Origin: a virus
Taxonomy: Duplodnaviria; Caudoviricetes
Length of the DNA stretch: 32,248 bases
IMG/VR virus record: IMGVR_UViG_3300025528_000026
Coordinates: 1-32,248 of that record
Reading direction: 5' to 3' (one strand)
In this document: in pieces, positions 15,254 to 24,476 of the stretch
Position numbering within the stretch: position 1 is the first letter of the stretch
How the letters are laid out: every line of letters starts with the position of its first letter
Translations under genes and position numbers: made by a program
Notes under the pieces: generated by a model
What the model saw: only the letters and a program-made list of their open reading frames with translations
What the model was told of the DNA's origin: nothing
The model's database searches: none

Positions 15254-17508
15254 CAGATGCTCACCGTCAGGGCCAGGTTGGGGTCACCGTCGTACTGGGT
15301 CCGGATCGCCTCGCGGATCGCGGCGAGAGCCGCCGCGATCAGCGAGTCGCCAGCCACCACTGGCACCGGGGCGGGAGCGGCGGCGACCTGCGTCGAGGTG
15401 CCCACGGTGGCGGGCGCGAGTGCGGACATCGTGGCGTCGGCCGCGGCGCGGGCGCGGCTCTGCACGCCGACGATGTAGCCCTCGATCGTGTCCTCGCCCA
15501 CCTCCATGTACACCTTGGACGGTGACGCGATGCCGAGCCCCTTCTTCACGCCGTCCAGCGCGGAGCGCAGCCCCGACGTCAGGGCGGAGCCGACGCCGCC
15601 GACGGTGTTCCTGATGCCGGTGATGACGCCATTCACGATGTCCTTGCCGAGCTGGATGACATCGTTCTTGATCTCGGAGAACCTCTCCCTGATCTTGCCC
15701 GGAAGCTCCTTGATGAAGTCGGCGATCCTGCCCGGCAGGCCCTTGATCCAGTCGAGCGCGCGATTGAAGACCTCGACCGCCTTCTCGCGGAAGCTCTCGC
15801 CGGCCTCGCTGGCCTTCTCTCGCAGCTTGCCCGGCAACTCGCGCAGGAACTCGACGATGTTGCCCGGCAAGTCGACGAAGAAGCGCACGACCTTGCCGAT
15901 GCCGAAGCCGACCCAGAACGCCATCGTCTCCAGCGCCTCGGTGGCCTTCTCCCGCAGCTTGCCGGGCAGCTCCGACAAGAATGTCGCGATGTTGCCAGGC
16001 AGGTCGCGGAAGAACGAGACGATCGCGTCCCACGCGCCGGAGACGGCCGAGGTGATGGAGTTCCACACCTCGCTCCAGTCGATGTCCGACAGCCAGCCGG
16101 CCAGCGCCGACACGCCGTCGGCGAGCCACTCCATGCCCTCGGCGAGCTTGTCGACCAGCGGCCCGATCAGGAACTTGGCGGCAAGCTCGACCAGCCAGCC
16201 GACCAGATCGGCGACCGGCACCAGCAGCTTGGCCAGCGCCGCCAGCCACTCGCCCAGCGCCGGAATGGCCGGCAGCAGCGCCAGCAGCAGCTCACCCAGC
16301 GGCGGCACCAGCTCGGCGATGACCGGTGCCAGCTCGGCGATGACCGGAGCGAGCGCGATCAGCGCCTGCGCCAGCACCTCGCCCAGCATCGGCAGCAGCG
16401 GCGCCAGCGCGGTCGCGACCGCGCCGAAGGCCTGGCCCAGCGCCTCGAGCGCGCCGGACTCGGACAGGATCGTGATGGCCCGCGACAGCCCGTCGAGCAG
16501 CGGCGTGAGCACCGGCGTGAGCGCGGTCGCGATCTGGCCGATCAGCGGCATCAGCGACGAGAGCAGGCCCCCGAGGCTTGGCGCGAGCTGGCCGATGGCG
16601 TCGCCGAGGACCGGCGTGAGCCCCGCCAAGGCGTCCTTGATCTGCGGGATGACCGGCTGGAAGGCGTCGCTCAACGCGATGCTGATGGTGTCCTTGAATG
16701 TGGAGAAGACGCCGAGCAGCGTGCCGGCCTGTTTCTCCATCGCCCCGGCCGCGCCGGGGAACTGTGCCATGCCGGCCAGCAGCGCGTTGATACCGGTGGT
16801 CGCGTCGACCTCGCCGGCCGTGATCATCTCCATCGATGTGGCGACGTCCACGCCCAGCGCCGACGCGATCGCGGCGTTGGCGTTGAAGCCCGGCAACGCC
16901 TCAGCCAGCTGCAACAGCTCCTCTTGGGAGACTTTGCCCTTGCTCGATATCTGGCCGAGCGCGCGGACAACGCTGTCTATGTTTTCCTGCGTGCCGCCCA
17001 GCACCGACACGAGGTCGCCGATCGTGGTGAGGGTCGGGATCACCTCGTCGCGAGCGATCCCCACCGCGTTGCCGAAGGCCAGGACGCGGCGAGCGGCGTC
17101 CGCGACACCCTGGAACTCGAACGGCGTCGTCGCCGCGAACTGCTGCAGCTCGCCGAGGAACACCCCGGCTTCCTCGGCCGACCCGATCAGCGCCTCCAGC
17201 CCGATCTGGGTCTGCTCGAGGCTGGCGGCCGACTTGAGACCGAATGCTGTGAGCGCGCCAAGCCCGGCCACGGCCGCTGCGGCGGCGGTGACCAGGCCGG
17301 TCTTGAGCATCGCGCCGATGCTGGCGAGGCGACCGCGGATGCCCTCGCGCATCCCGTCGCCGAAGGCCCGGCCCGCCTCGCCACCGGCCTGCCCGACGGC
17401 CGGATTGAGCTGCCTCAGCTCGCCCAGCAGCTCCTGGCGCAGCAACGCCGTGAACCGCTTGAGCGACGGGATGATGGAGACGTATGCCTGACCGACCTCG
17501 GTGGCCAC
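15253..17508 (-). CDS. Tape measure protein, 751 aa
   Basis: EVGQAYVSIIPS start, FAATTPFE..LGQISSKGKV..EEL.QLAE domain, periodic amphipathic repeats, LGIASPSKV. Confidence 0.93.
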   Translation of the reverse strand: MATEVGQAYVSIIPSLKRFTALLRQELLGELRQLNPAVGQAGGEAGRAFGDGMREGIRGRLASIGAMLKTGLVTAAAAAVAGLGALTAFGLKSAASLEQTQIGLEALIGSAEEAGVFLGELQQFAATTPFEFQGVADAARRVLAFGNAVGIARDEVIPTLTTIGDLVSVLGGTQENIDSVVRALGQISSKGKVSQEELLQLAEALPGFNANAAIASALGVDVATSMEMITAGEVDATTGINALLAGMAQFPGAAGAMEKQAGTLLGVFSTFKDTISIALSDAFQPVIPQIKDALAGLTPVLGDAIGQLAPSLGGLLSSLMPLIGQIATALTPVLTPLLDGLSRAITILSESGALEALGQAFGAVATALAPLLPMLGEVLAQALIALAPVIAELAPVIAELVPPLGELLLALLPAIPALGEWLAALAKLLVPVADLVGWLVELAAKFLIGPLVDKLAEGMEWLADGVSALAGWLSDIDWSEVWNSITSAVSGAWDAIVSFFRDLPGNIATFLSELPGKLREKATEALETMAFWVGFGIGKVVRFFVDLPGNIVEFLRELPGKLREKASEAGESFREKAVEVFNRALDWIKGLPGRIADFIKELPGKIRERFSEIKNDVIQLGKDIVNGVITGIRNTVGGVGSALTSGLRSALDGVKKGLGIASPSKVYMEVGEDTIEGYIVGVQSRARAAADATMSALAPATVGTSTQVAAAPAPVPVVAGDSLIAAALAAIREAIRTQYDGDPNLALTVSI

Positions 17509-17511
17509 GGC

Positions 17512-17937
17512 TCACCTCCCGTCGAGTGCTCCCGTGCGCATCGCGTGCAGCAGGGCGTCGATCTCCTCTTGACCGCGGCCGCCGGCATCGCCGGAGCGCT
17601 CAGCCCGAGCCCGGGTCTCGCGCTTCGCGAGTGGACTGACCGGCTGCGGCCTCGGCGCGCCTTTGCGGCCGCCGCGCTGCCAGTTCGCGATCCGCAGGGC
17701 GTCGAGGATCAGTGCCAGTAGGTGCTGGTCGAGGGTCCAGTCGTCGCGGGCCAGCTCGGCGCGCAGCAGCGTCCCCGGAGTGCGAGCCAGCGCGTCGATG
17801 AGGATGTCGAGGCGGCGCCAGGAGAGCGTGCGGCCGAGCTGGGTCAGCTGGTCCTGCGGCCCCGCGCGGAGCGCGAGGTCCGCCTCGACCGCGCGGCCGT
17901 ACCGGCGGACGAAGGCGTAGACGCCGAGGATTTTCCC
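17512..17937 (-). CDS. Tail assembly chaperone, -1 frameshift extension (gpGT-type)
   Basis: Entered at GGGAAAA; AVEADL...LSWRRL...WTLDQHLLA..D.L..ANWQR. Confidence 0.85.
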   Translation of the reverse strand, partial: GKILGVYAFVRRYGRAVEADLALRAGPQDQLTQLGRTLSWRRLDILIDALARTPGTLLRAELARDDWTLDQHLLALILDALRIANWQRGGRKGAPRPQPVSPLAKRETRARAERSGDAGGRGQEEIDALLHAMRTGALDGR

Positions 17938-18272
17938 AGCTCGCCGCTGTTGTTGTGCATCCACGCCTCGATCAGCTTCATCGCCGCCCTGGGTGACACC
18001 GGTCGGCGTTCCCGCATCTTGGCTAAGACGTCCGCGCCGAGGACGAGCTCAATCAACTCGAGGATTTCCGCCGGATCGAGATCGGCCTCACGCGTCTGAA
18101 GCCTCTCGAGCATGCCAAGGAACGTGATCTGGTCGCGGATGTCTCGGCTGGCGATGGAGGGCAGCTCGAATGTCTCGCCACCCCAATAGAAACGAAACGG
18201 CGGATCCTCTGGGTCGCCAGCGATGGCGTCGGCGATGACGGCGTCGAGATCGAAGATTTCACGCTCGGACAT
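17844..18272 (-). CDS. Tail assembly chaperone (gpG-type), 142 aa
   Basis: Between major tail and TMP; ends GELGKSSAS over the slippery site. Confidence 0.85.
   Translation of the reverse strand: MSEREIFDLDAVIADAIAGDPEDPPFRFYWGGETFELPSIASRDIRDQITFLGMLERLQTREADLDPAEILELIELVLGADVLAKMRERRPVSPRAAMKLIEAWMHNNSGELGKSSASTPSSAGTAARSRRTSRSARGRRTS
17931..17937 (-). other. Programmed -1 ribosomal frameshift site GGGAAAA
   Basis: CTG GGA AAA TCC; the -1 frame continues to 17512. Confidence 0.85.
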
Positions 18273-18314
18273 GCCTGCTCGGATTCCTCTCGCTCGGATG
18301 CTCGGATGCGGGTA

Positions 18315-18359
18315 TGACCCGCCCACCCGCGTCCGAGCGGCACGGGTGGGCGGGGGTCA
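18315..18359 (-). terminator. Stem-loop after major tail gene
   Basis: TGACCC-GCCCACCCG...CGGGTGGGC-GGGGGTCA. Confidence 0.55.
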
Positions 18360-18372
18360 GAGCGGGCGGGGA

Positions 18373-18930
18373 TCAGCTGTAGCCCCAGTTCGGGTCGTTG
18401 CTGTAGGTCACGAACGGGGCGCCGAGGGTCTCGTCGTGGTAGCAGGTGACGGTGACGTTGTAGCCGATCGGCTCCCCGTTGCTGTAGACGATCTCGCCGC
18501 GCTCGGTGATCTCGCCCTGCGCCACCACGTGACGCTTGACCTTGGCCCCGTCGACCACATCGACGATGAACGCGCGCACGTCCGGGACCTGCGTGTCGGG
18601 AACCAGCTTCCACTGGCCGCTGCCGACGGGCGTGATCTCGCCTCGGTGGTACAGCTCGACGACAGTGCCCTTGTCCTCGATGAGGACGAACTGGAAGGTG
18701 TAGTCCAGCTCGGTGCGGGTGGTCTGGACGCGGGCGCTGTTCTGCCACGCCCGGACCGCGTCGACGCTCTCATTCGGGGTGAAGGTGATGCCGTCCTCGC
18801 TGATGTATCCACAGTCGACGAACGCGGCATCGAGGGAGCCGGTTGCCGAGGTCGGCAAGGTCGTGCCAAGCGGCGCGACATACACCGCGCCCGTCCGCGC
18901 GACCCGTACGTTCTGGCGATTCAGGGCCAT
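18373..18930 (-). CDS. Major tail protein
   Basis: GAVYVAPLGT.LP, GYISEDGIT, AWQ, GEITERGEIVY, YNVTVTCY. Confidence 0.92.
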   Translation of the reverse strand: MALNRQNVRVARTGAVYVAPLGTTLPTSATGSLDAAFVDCGYISEDGITFTPNESVDAVRAWQNSARVQTTRTELDYTFQFVLIEDKGTVVELYHRGEITPVGSGQWKLVPDTQVPDVRAFIVDVVDGAKVKRHVVAQGEITERGEIVYSNGEPIGYNVTVTCYHDETLGAPFVTYSNDPNWGYS

Positions 18931-18991
18931 GGGTGCCTCCTGAGGCGGTTGGCGGGTTGGGTTGCCGGCCGCTCGGTAGCCGGGTCAGGGG

Positions 18992-19375
18992 TCAGGCGGG
19001 CGAAATCTCGTCCGCCCGAAGCGTCAGGGCGTAGGTCAGCCAGTAGCGGGCCTGGCCCGTCTCCGGGTCGTCGAGCTGCCGGCACAGGCTTTCCTCGACG
19101 CGATAGCAGTCGACGCCGAGTGTCGTGGTGCGGGCGAGCGCGAACATCTGCGCCCGGACAGTGTTGGCGATGTCTCCCGCGTCCGGGCCGCTGCTGCCCC
19201 AGCACCAGATGTCGAGTCGGGCCACGTCGCGCACCGGGGGCAGGCCGGCGCCCCCGACGCGACGGACCTGGATGAATCGAGCCGGGCGCGGGTCGGGGAC
19301 CTTAGAGCTGACGGGGATGGCGTGCAAACCGTCCAAGTAGGACACGACGAGGGCGACGGCGTCAGGCAAAGCCAC
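18992..19375 (-). CDS. Tail terminator
   Basis: VPDPRP..FIQVRRVGG..., DPETGQARY; position before major tail. Confidence 0.8.
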   Translation of the reverse strand: MALPDAVALVVSYLDGLHAIPVSSKVPDPRPARFIQVRRVGGAGLPPVRDVARLDIWCWGSSGPDAGDIANTVRAQMFALARTTTLGVDCYRVEESLCRQLDDPETGQARYWLTYALTLRADEISPA

Positions 19376-19378
19376 GGC

Positions 19379-19678
19379 TCACCCCCTCGCAGCGTCCAGC
19401 GACCCGCCCAGCACCCGGTGCTCCGCCTCGATCCGTAGCGCCGCCGGGTGCCGGGCGATCACCGCCACCCGGGCGCGAGGCTCGCTGGTGTCGGACTCGC
19501 GCTGCAGCACCTCGGTCGTGACGTCGCCGTGGCCGATCGCCCCGTACACCGCTTCGGCGGCCTCGGCGACCCGACGCGCCCGGTCCTCGAGATGCTCGTC
19601 GACCTCGCGTGAGGCACGCAGGGCCCGGATGCCGTCGATGTCGGCGCGGAGCCGGATGAGGCGGATCGCGTCAGCCAT
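19379..19678 (-). CDS. Neck / tail-completion protein, 99 aa
   Basis: TGATG-coupled start MADAIRL; GIRALR.S..V...L..RA..VA, EAEHRVL. Confidence 0.7.
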   Translation of the reverse strand: MADAIRLIRLRADIDGIRALRASREVDEHLEDRARRVAEAAEAVYGAIGHGDVTTEVLQRESDTSEPRARVAVIARHPAALRIEAEHRVLGGSLDAARG

Positions 19679-20022
19679 CAGCCCTCCACGAGCCTCAGGT
19701 TGGCCTCGGTGTGGTGGTAGCCGGCCGGGGTGTACAGGTCCTCCGGCGGGCCGTCCACCTCGAATGTGAGCGTGCCGAAGACGATCCGGTCCTTGCTCAT
19801 CACGTCGGGGTCGTTGACGATGAGCGTCCACTCGCGCACGTCGGCATGCCGGCCGTCCTCGATGATCTCCTGCGGCCGCTCCTGCTGCACCCACGCCCGC
19901 ATGTCCTTGCTCGACGCGGGCGGGACGGTGTAGGTCAGCTCCTCGTCGCCGTAGGCGTTGGTCGAGGTGGCGGGCCGGATGTGCTGCACCGTGTGGGGCA
20001 ACAGGTGCTCGGGGATCGCCAT
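19678..20022 (-). CDS. Head-to-tail stopper, 114 aa
   Basis: LLPHTV, NAYGD, DRI......FEVDGPP, HHTEANLRLVEG. Confidence 0.85.
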   Translation of the reverse strand: MAIPEHLLPHTVQHIRPATSTNAYGDEELTYTVPPASSKDMRAWVQQERPQEIIEDGRHADVREWTLIVNDPDVMSKDRIVFGTLTFEVDGPPEDLYTPAGYHHTEANLRLVEG

Positions 20023-20216
20023 CAGAGCCTTACCAGGGCGACGTAGTACGACCACCGGAAGAAGCCGGCGTTGAGACCGCGCCATCCGAGTAGGTGCCAC
20101 CAACGCCGACCAACGTACACGGGGCCGATGTAGAGCGGCACCCATCGCCACCAGGTTCGGATTCGAAGACTGCCGGTCATCAGCAGCAGCGAGCCCATCT
20201 CGACGTCCGCCTTCAT
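20022..20216 (-). CDS. Small Trp/Arg-rich hypothetical protein, 64 aa
   Basis: ATGA overlap upstream, TGATG overlap downstream; fills the gap exactly. Confidence 0.6.
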   Translation of the reverse strand: MKADVEMGSLLLMTGSLRIRTWWRWVPLYIGPVYVGRRWWHLLGWRGLNAGFFRWSYYVALVRL

Positions 20217-20860
20217 ATCCTCACCTCGATGGTCCCGGCCGTACGTGGCCCGTAGCCGGCCTGGCGCAGCAGCTCCTTGTCGGTCTCCCGCAGCCGCACC
20301 GAGGCGCCGGGTGACCCGCCGCCGACCTCCTGCGCCATCTGGTAGCTGTACTTGCCGACCCGCTCGGCTGACATGCCCTCCACCGGGCTCGGGGCGAGCA
20401 GGACCCGCAGCACCATGCCGCAGCACACCGCCACCACGGCGTCGGGTACGACGTCGTCGCCGTGGTCGTAGTCGACCTCGTACGTGTCCGGCAGGTCCTG
20501 GCCCAGCTCGAGCGTGGGCAGCGAGAGCCAGACCTCGGTCGACAGCGGCGCGAGCTCGATCGTGTCGATGCCGTCCCAGCCCCAGGCTCCGGCAGGCAGC
20601 AGGATGTCATGGACGCCGGCCCAGCCGATAGCGGTCACGCTGTGAACTGTGCTCACAGGCCGGTTCGGCAGCCGGATGCGGGCGCCGACCGGCCGGAGTC
20701 GCACCTTGTCATGCGTGACCGCGGTGAACGTGCGGCGGGTGTAGGCGCGGATCAGGGCCGAGGCGTCTGCCAGCAGCGCGGGCGCCTTCGCCTGCTCGCT
20801 CGCGGTCAGGCTCCGGCCGAGGCGGGCCTCGAGGTCAGCGGTCGTCGCCAGATCCGACAC
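20213..20860 (-). CDS. Head-to-tail adaptor
   Basis: LAT.ADLEARLGR.L...E...A..LL.DASALIR; VP..V..V.C.MV.R; SAERVGKYSY. Confidence 0.88.
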   Translation of the reverse strand: MSDLATTADLEARLGRSLTASEQAKAPALLADASALIRAYTRRTFTAVTHDKVRLRPVGARIRLPNRPVSTVHSVTAIGWAGVHDILLPAGAWGWDGIDTIELAPLSTEVWLSLPTLELGQDLPDTYEVDYDHGDDVVPDAVVAVCCGMVLRVLLAPSPVEGMSAERVGKYSYQMAQEVGGGSPGASVRLRETDKELLRQAGYGPRTAGTIEVRI

Positions 20861-21518
20861 TGCGCACCTCCCGCAGATACTCGCGCATCCGACCCTCGGC
20901 CGCGGCCCTCTCGTACTCCTGGTAACGCCGGTAGTTCGCCTCGGTCATTTCGGCCGTGCCGTGGCGGTCCCGGTGCCACATCGTGTAGACATCGCCCTCA
21001 CCATCCGGGCATCCATCGAGATAGAGCGTCGCCAGCGCCAGTCTGTGGGCGGCGTCCTCGGAGCCCCAGCCGACGAAGCGCTCATCCATCGGGATCCAGG
21101 CGTCGCGCCGGACGGCGATGACACCCATGCACATGCCGATGCGGCTGTATCCAGCCACCTTGGCGGCTACGACCGGCGGGTGATGGCCGGCCAGGACCAG
21201 ATTGGTCGCGACAGGTGACAGGATGCGCGTGCCGGTGTAGACGGCCGTCCACGGATGCCGCTCGAGCCGGTCGACGATCCAGTCGACGCGGGCTGGGTCG
21301 GGGATGTGGTCGGCACCGTAAATCGCGACCGCGTCGCCGGTGGCCACTGCCGCCGCGCGATTGACGGCCCGTGCCACGGAGAACGGCCCGGCCTCGACGC
21401 CATCGTCGGCGACGCACAGCTCGACCGGGAGCCGCCCCCACGCCGCGCGCACGTACTCCCATGCCCGCACCCGATCCGGGTCATCACTGCGCCACGGGAT
21501 CAGCACGGACAGCCTCAC
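20835..21518 (-). CDS. Glycosyltransferase, GT-A fold (GT2/GT7-like)
   Basis: SVLIPWR, FSVARAVNRA, MDERFVGWGSED, MWH; DxD degenerate (GAD). Confidence 0.85.
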   Translation of the reverse strand: MRLSVLIPWRSDDPDRVRAWEYVRAAWGRLPVELCVADDGVEAGPFSVARAVNRAAAVATGDAVAIYGADHIPDPARVDWIVDRLERHPWTAVYTGTRILSPVATNLVLAGHHPPVVAAKVAGYSRIGMCMGVIAVRRDAWIPMDERFVGWGSEDAAHRLALATLYLDGCPDGEGDVYTMWHRDRHGTAEMTEANYRRYQEYERAAAEGRMREYLREVRSVGSGDDR

Positions 21519-22555
21519 ACCAGCACCGCCCTCGGCGCGCCCAGCTGCTCGGCCTCAGCGACCCAGCGCTCCTCGTCTCCGGCCCGCATCCGCTGGTGCT
21601 CCTCGGCCCGAGCCAGGGCACGCTTGCGGGCAGCCGCGTAGGGGCCGGGCAGGGCAAGTGTCCTCAGTGCCCGGATGTACCCGTCCACGTCCTGCCAGTC
21701 GACGTAGATCCCGGCGTCGCCGAGGTTCTCGGTGAGGCCAGGGGTGGGATGGCACACGACCGGGATGCCGGAGCAGATCGCCTCGGTCGCCGTGCGGCCC
21801 CACGACTCGTACGACGACGGCATCATGAGCACCCGGGTGCGGGCGTACACCCGGTCGCGCATCTCATGCGCCGGCACGTGCGGCAGCACCTCGACATTGG
21901 GTAGGTCGCCCTCGGCCTGGACGCCGTAGCCACCCGTCACGCCAAGGAACCTGGTCTTGGGCATCCTCGCCGCCACGGCCCAGAACGTCTCCCCGCCTTT
22001 GGTCATGCGGCCGGCGCCGGAGTCGTAGTCGGCCATCCTCCGCAGGTTGACCAGCGTCACCCGATCGCCCGGGGTCGTCTGGTAGTCGGCCCGGTCCACC
22101 AGCGGGCGGACGATGATGGTCCGCGGCTGCGGCAGACCCGCAGCCTTGTGCCAGGCGGCGAGGTCGTCGGCCATCCACTGGCTGTTGACGACAGAGAGAT
22201 CGACACGCCCCTGGGGGAAATGCAGGGACTCCTTCGTGACCGCGAATGTGTTGTGGTGCACCAGCACGACAGGGATGTCGTAGAGGTGACCGGCGAACAT
22301 CGCCACATGCGTGTTCTCGAGGTGCGCCACCAGTAGGTGGGTGCCCTCGATGTGCTGCAGGTGGTTGGGCTTGGCTCCCTGGCGCGGCAGCACCCGCACA
22401 CCGTCCACTGTGTACGGCTCACCGGTCTGCATGGACAGGGAGACGTCCACTGTGTGTCCCCGCCGGGCGAGGGCGCGGAGCATGCCGTGCAGCATGGTCT
22501 CCGCGCCCGCGCCGCAAGCGGGGACGTAACGGTGTGCGAGTGCTAGGACGCGCAT
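21515..22555 (-). CDS. Glycosyltransferase, GT-B fold (GT4-like), 346 aa
   Basis: GAGAE..L..LARRGH.V, VVNSQW, KGG, MPSSYESWGRTATEA..SGIPV; TGATG-coupled to capsid stop. Confidence 0.88.
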   Translation of the reverse strand: MRVLALAHRYVPACGAGAETMLHGMLRALARRGHTVDVSLSMQTGEPYTVDGVRVLPRQGAKPNHLQHIEGTHLLVAHLENTHVAMFAGHLYDIPVVLVHHNTFAVTKESLHFPQGRVDLSVVNSQWMADDLAAWHKAAGLPQPRTIIVRPLVDRADYQTTPGDRVTLVNLRRMADYDSGAGRMTKGGETFWAVAARMPKTRFLGVTGGYGVQAEGDLPNVEVLPHVPAHEMRDRVYARTRVLMMPSSYESWGRTATEAICSGIPVVCHPTPGLTENLGDAGIYVDWQDVDGYIRALRTLALPGPYAAARKRALARAEEHQRMRAGDEERWVAEAEQLGAPRAVLV

Positions 22556-23589
22556 CAGCTGTAGGTGTAGGACGGCGAGCGGAGGACGAACCACGGCCAC
22601 CGGGTCGCCGACTCGGTGGGCTCGATGCCCGCGCCGCCGTCGGTGTCCGGCGCCAGCCGGTTGGCGGTGTTGGCCACCTGCCACGCGACCCGCATCGTCA
22701 TCCGCAGCGCCGTGCTGTCCTGCTGCATCAGGTTCAGCACGACGTTGCCGCTGTCGTCGGAGATCACGCCCTCGGTGAAGACCTTGAACGTGATGTCCTG
22801 GCGGATGCCGACGATCGCCTCCGTCCAGTCGCCTCCGATCAACAGCGCCTCGGTGCCGTTCCATGCGCCGTTCTTGAGCGGCCGCAGCGGGAACCCGTAC
22901 AGGTCGCCCACCTGGCGACCCTCGCGGATCGTCTGCGTGTAGATCGGGGCGCCATTGTTGTCCCGCATCCGGGTCAGCCGCCACCCGAGGCCGGGCTTGC
23001 TGATGAACCCGTTGACGTCGTAGCCCTGCTGGGCGAGCAGCTCACCGCCGTAGGCGATGTAGCCGGCCAGATCCGTCTGGGCGGGGGCGCCGGTGTCGGG
23101 GTCGGGGATCGCCCAGCCCTGGGTCACGACGTTGCCCTTGAGCACGGCGGTCTGGTAGATCGCCGGCCCCCAGTTGGAGGGCTTCGACTGGCCGAAGATC
23201 ACCGCTGCGTCGATGAGGGCACCGGCGGCCTCGATCATCCGCGGCCGCACCTGGTCCCAGATCGGGGTCTGGGCGTCGGCCATGTAGTTGTCGGGCACCG
23301 GGATGATGACCGCGATCTCCTCGGCGTACAGGATCTTGTTCTTCCAGCGCTGCTTGCCGGTGCTCTTCAGCCCGGTGTCGCCGCTGACGAAGTAGGCGCT
23401 GGGCAGCACGGAGATGACCGGCACACGCTCGGTGAGCGCCGACATCTCGATCCGCTGCGTCTCCGGGATCATCGACAGGACGGCCGAGGCGGCCGGCACC
23501 TGCTGCAGGATCTCCCGGCGCAGCGGCTCCGGCACGAGCGCATCCGACCCGCCGGACCGGCGGGCGATGGCGTCAGACGTGGTAGCCAT
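22555..23589 (-). CDS. Major capsid protein (HK97 fold)
   Basis: LVPE....I, AEEIAVIIPV, IDAAVIFG, GDW...VGIRQDI, NLMQQD..ALR...R. Confidence 0.93.
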   Translation of the reverse strand: MATTSDAIARRSGGSDALVPEPLRREILQQVPAASAVLSMIPETQRIEMSALTERVPVISVLPSAYFVSGDTGLKSTGKQRWKNKILYAEEIAVIIPVPDNYMADAQTPIWDQVRPRMIEAAGALIDAAVIFGQSKPSNWGPAIYQTAVLKGNVVTQGWAIPDPDTGAPAQTDLAGYIAYGGELLAQQGYDVNGFISKPGLGWRLTRMRDNNGAPIYTQTIREGRQVGDLYGFPLRPLKNGAWNGTEALLIGGDWTEAIVGIRQDITFKVFTEGVISDDSGNVVLNLMQQDSTALRMTMRVAWQVANTANRLAPDTDGGAGIEPTESATRWPWFVLRSPSYTYS

Positions 23590-23643
23590 CGGGGCTATCT
23601 CCCCTTCCTTGGATTGACTGATGCCCCGTGGCTCGGGGCTTGC

Positions 23644-24147
23644 TTACGCGACTCCGGCCTGACGACGGATCCAAGCGTCGACATCTTTGCCGGACATGAT
23701 CTGTTGCTCACCCGCCGGCAGGGCGGCGGACTTGAGGTCGGGCACGGGCCGAGCGCTGCTGGCCGGCTTGGAGCCGACCAGCTTCAGCAGCTCGTCGGCG
23801 TCCTTGGACAGCTCCTCCTCGGTGGCGCCTCGCAGCCGGGCGGCCAGGTCGGCCGGCAGGCCCTTGGCGAGGGCGACCTTGTAGCGCAGCAGCTCTATGC
23901 GCGCCTCGTCCCGCTCGCGCTCCGCGGCCGCGCGAGCCTCGGCGGCCTTCTGCGCCTCGGTCTTCTGCGCCTCCTCGAGCTCACGTGCCTTCCGCGCGAG
24001 TGGCTCGAGTTCCTTGAGTCGCTGGCGCAGGCTCTGCGCCTCGCGGTTCTTCTTCTCCAGCGCGGCACGTGCGCGCGCCGGGTCGAAAGTCGCGTCGTCG
24101 ACCTCCGGGGTCTCCTCGGCGGTGGTGGTCTCCTCGTTGTCCGACAT
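23644..24147 (-). CDS. Scaffolding protein, 167 aa
   Basis: Acidic N-terminus, coiled coil, ELEEAQKTE, ARLRGATEEEL..DA; directly before capsid. Confidence 0.88.
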   Translation of the reverse strand: MSDNEETTTAEETPEVDDATFDPARARAALEKKNREAQSLRQRLKELEPLARKARELEEAQKTEAQKAAEARAAAERERDEARIELLRYKVALAKGLPADLAARLRGATEEELSKDADELLKLVGSKPASSARPVPDLKSAALPAGEQQIMSGKDVDAWIRRQAGVA

Positions 24148-24248
24148 GGACGATCGCCTCCAGGGCGTGATTGCCGAGCCTCCAGGGCTCGGGAATGCGA
24201 AAACACCGCCGCGATGCGACGGGGTTCGGCCGGCGGAATGCCGGACGC

Positions 24249-24476
24249 CTATGGGGTGGGGCGCTGTAGCGCGTACTCCGGGTACTCGTCGCCCGGCTTG
24301 GCGCTGAACCGGATGCCGTTGTCGCCCTCGACCGGTTCCCGGTGGTCGAGATCGTTGCTGAGCACTGCGAGAGGGATGCCGCTCGGGAAGGCGTCGCAAG
24401 TGAGGGGCGCGTCGAAGCTGCGCCGGCCGCGGAAGTGCCGGCAGGCGTGACACTGGGACCGCGGGCCGATGGTCAC
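24249..24476 (-). CDS. Small Cys/His protein downstream of the MuF fusion, 75 aa
   Basis: CHACRH...CDAFPSGIP......DHREP..GDNGIRF; GTGA-coupled. Confidence 0.75.
   Translation of the reverse strand: MTIGPRSQCHACRHFRGRRSFDAPLTCDAFPSGIPLAVLSNDLDHREPVEGDNGIRFSAKPGDEYPEYALQRPTP

Noticed and set aside
15690-16340. Repeats in the tape measure gene (LPGKLREKA, APVIAEL)
   Set aside because: Ordinary periodic tape-measure repeats
15488-17491. 667-aa plus-strand ORF (also 22246..24450, 26099..27733, 30416..31810 and similar)
   Set aside because: Antisense shadows of real high-GC genes; Ser/Arg/Pro-rich with no motifs
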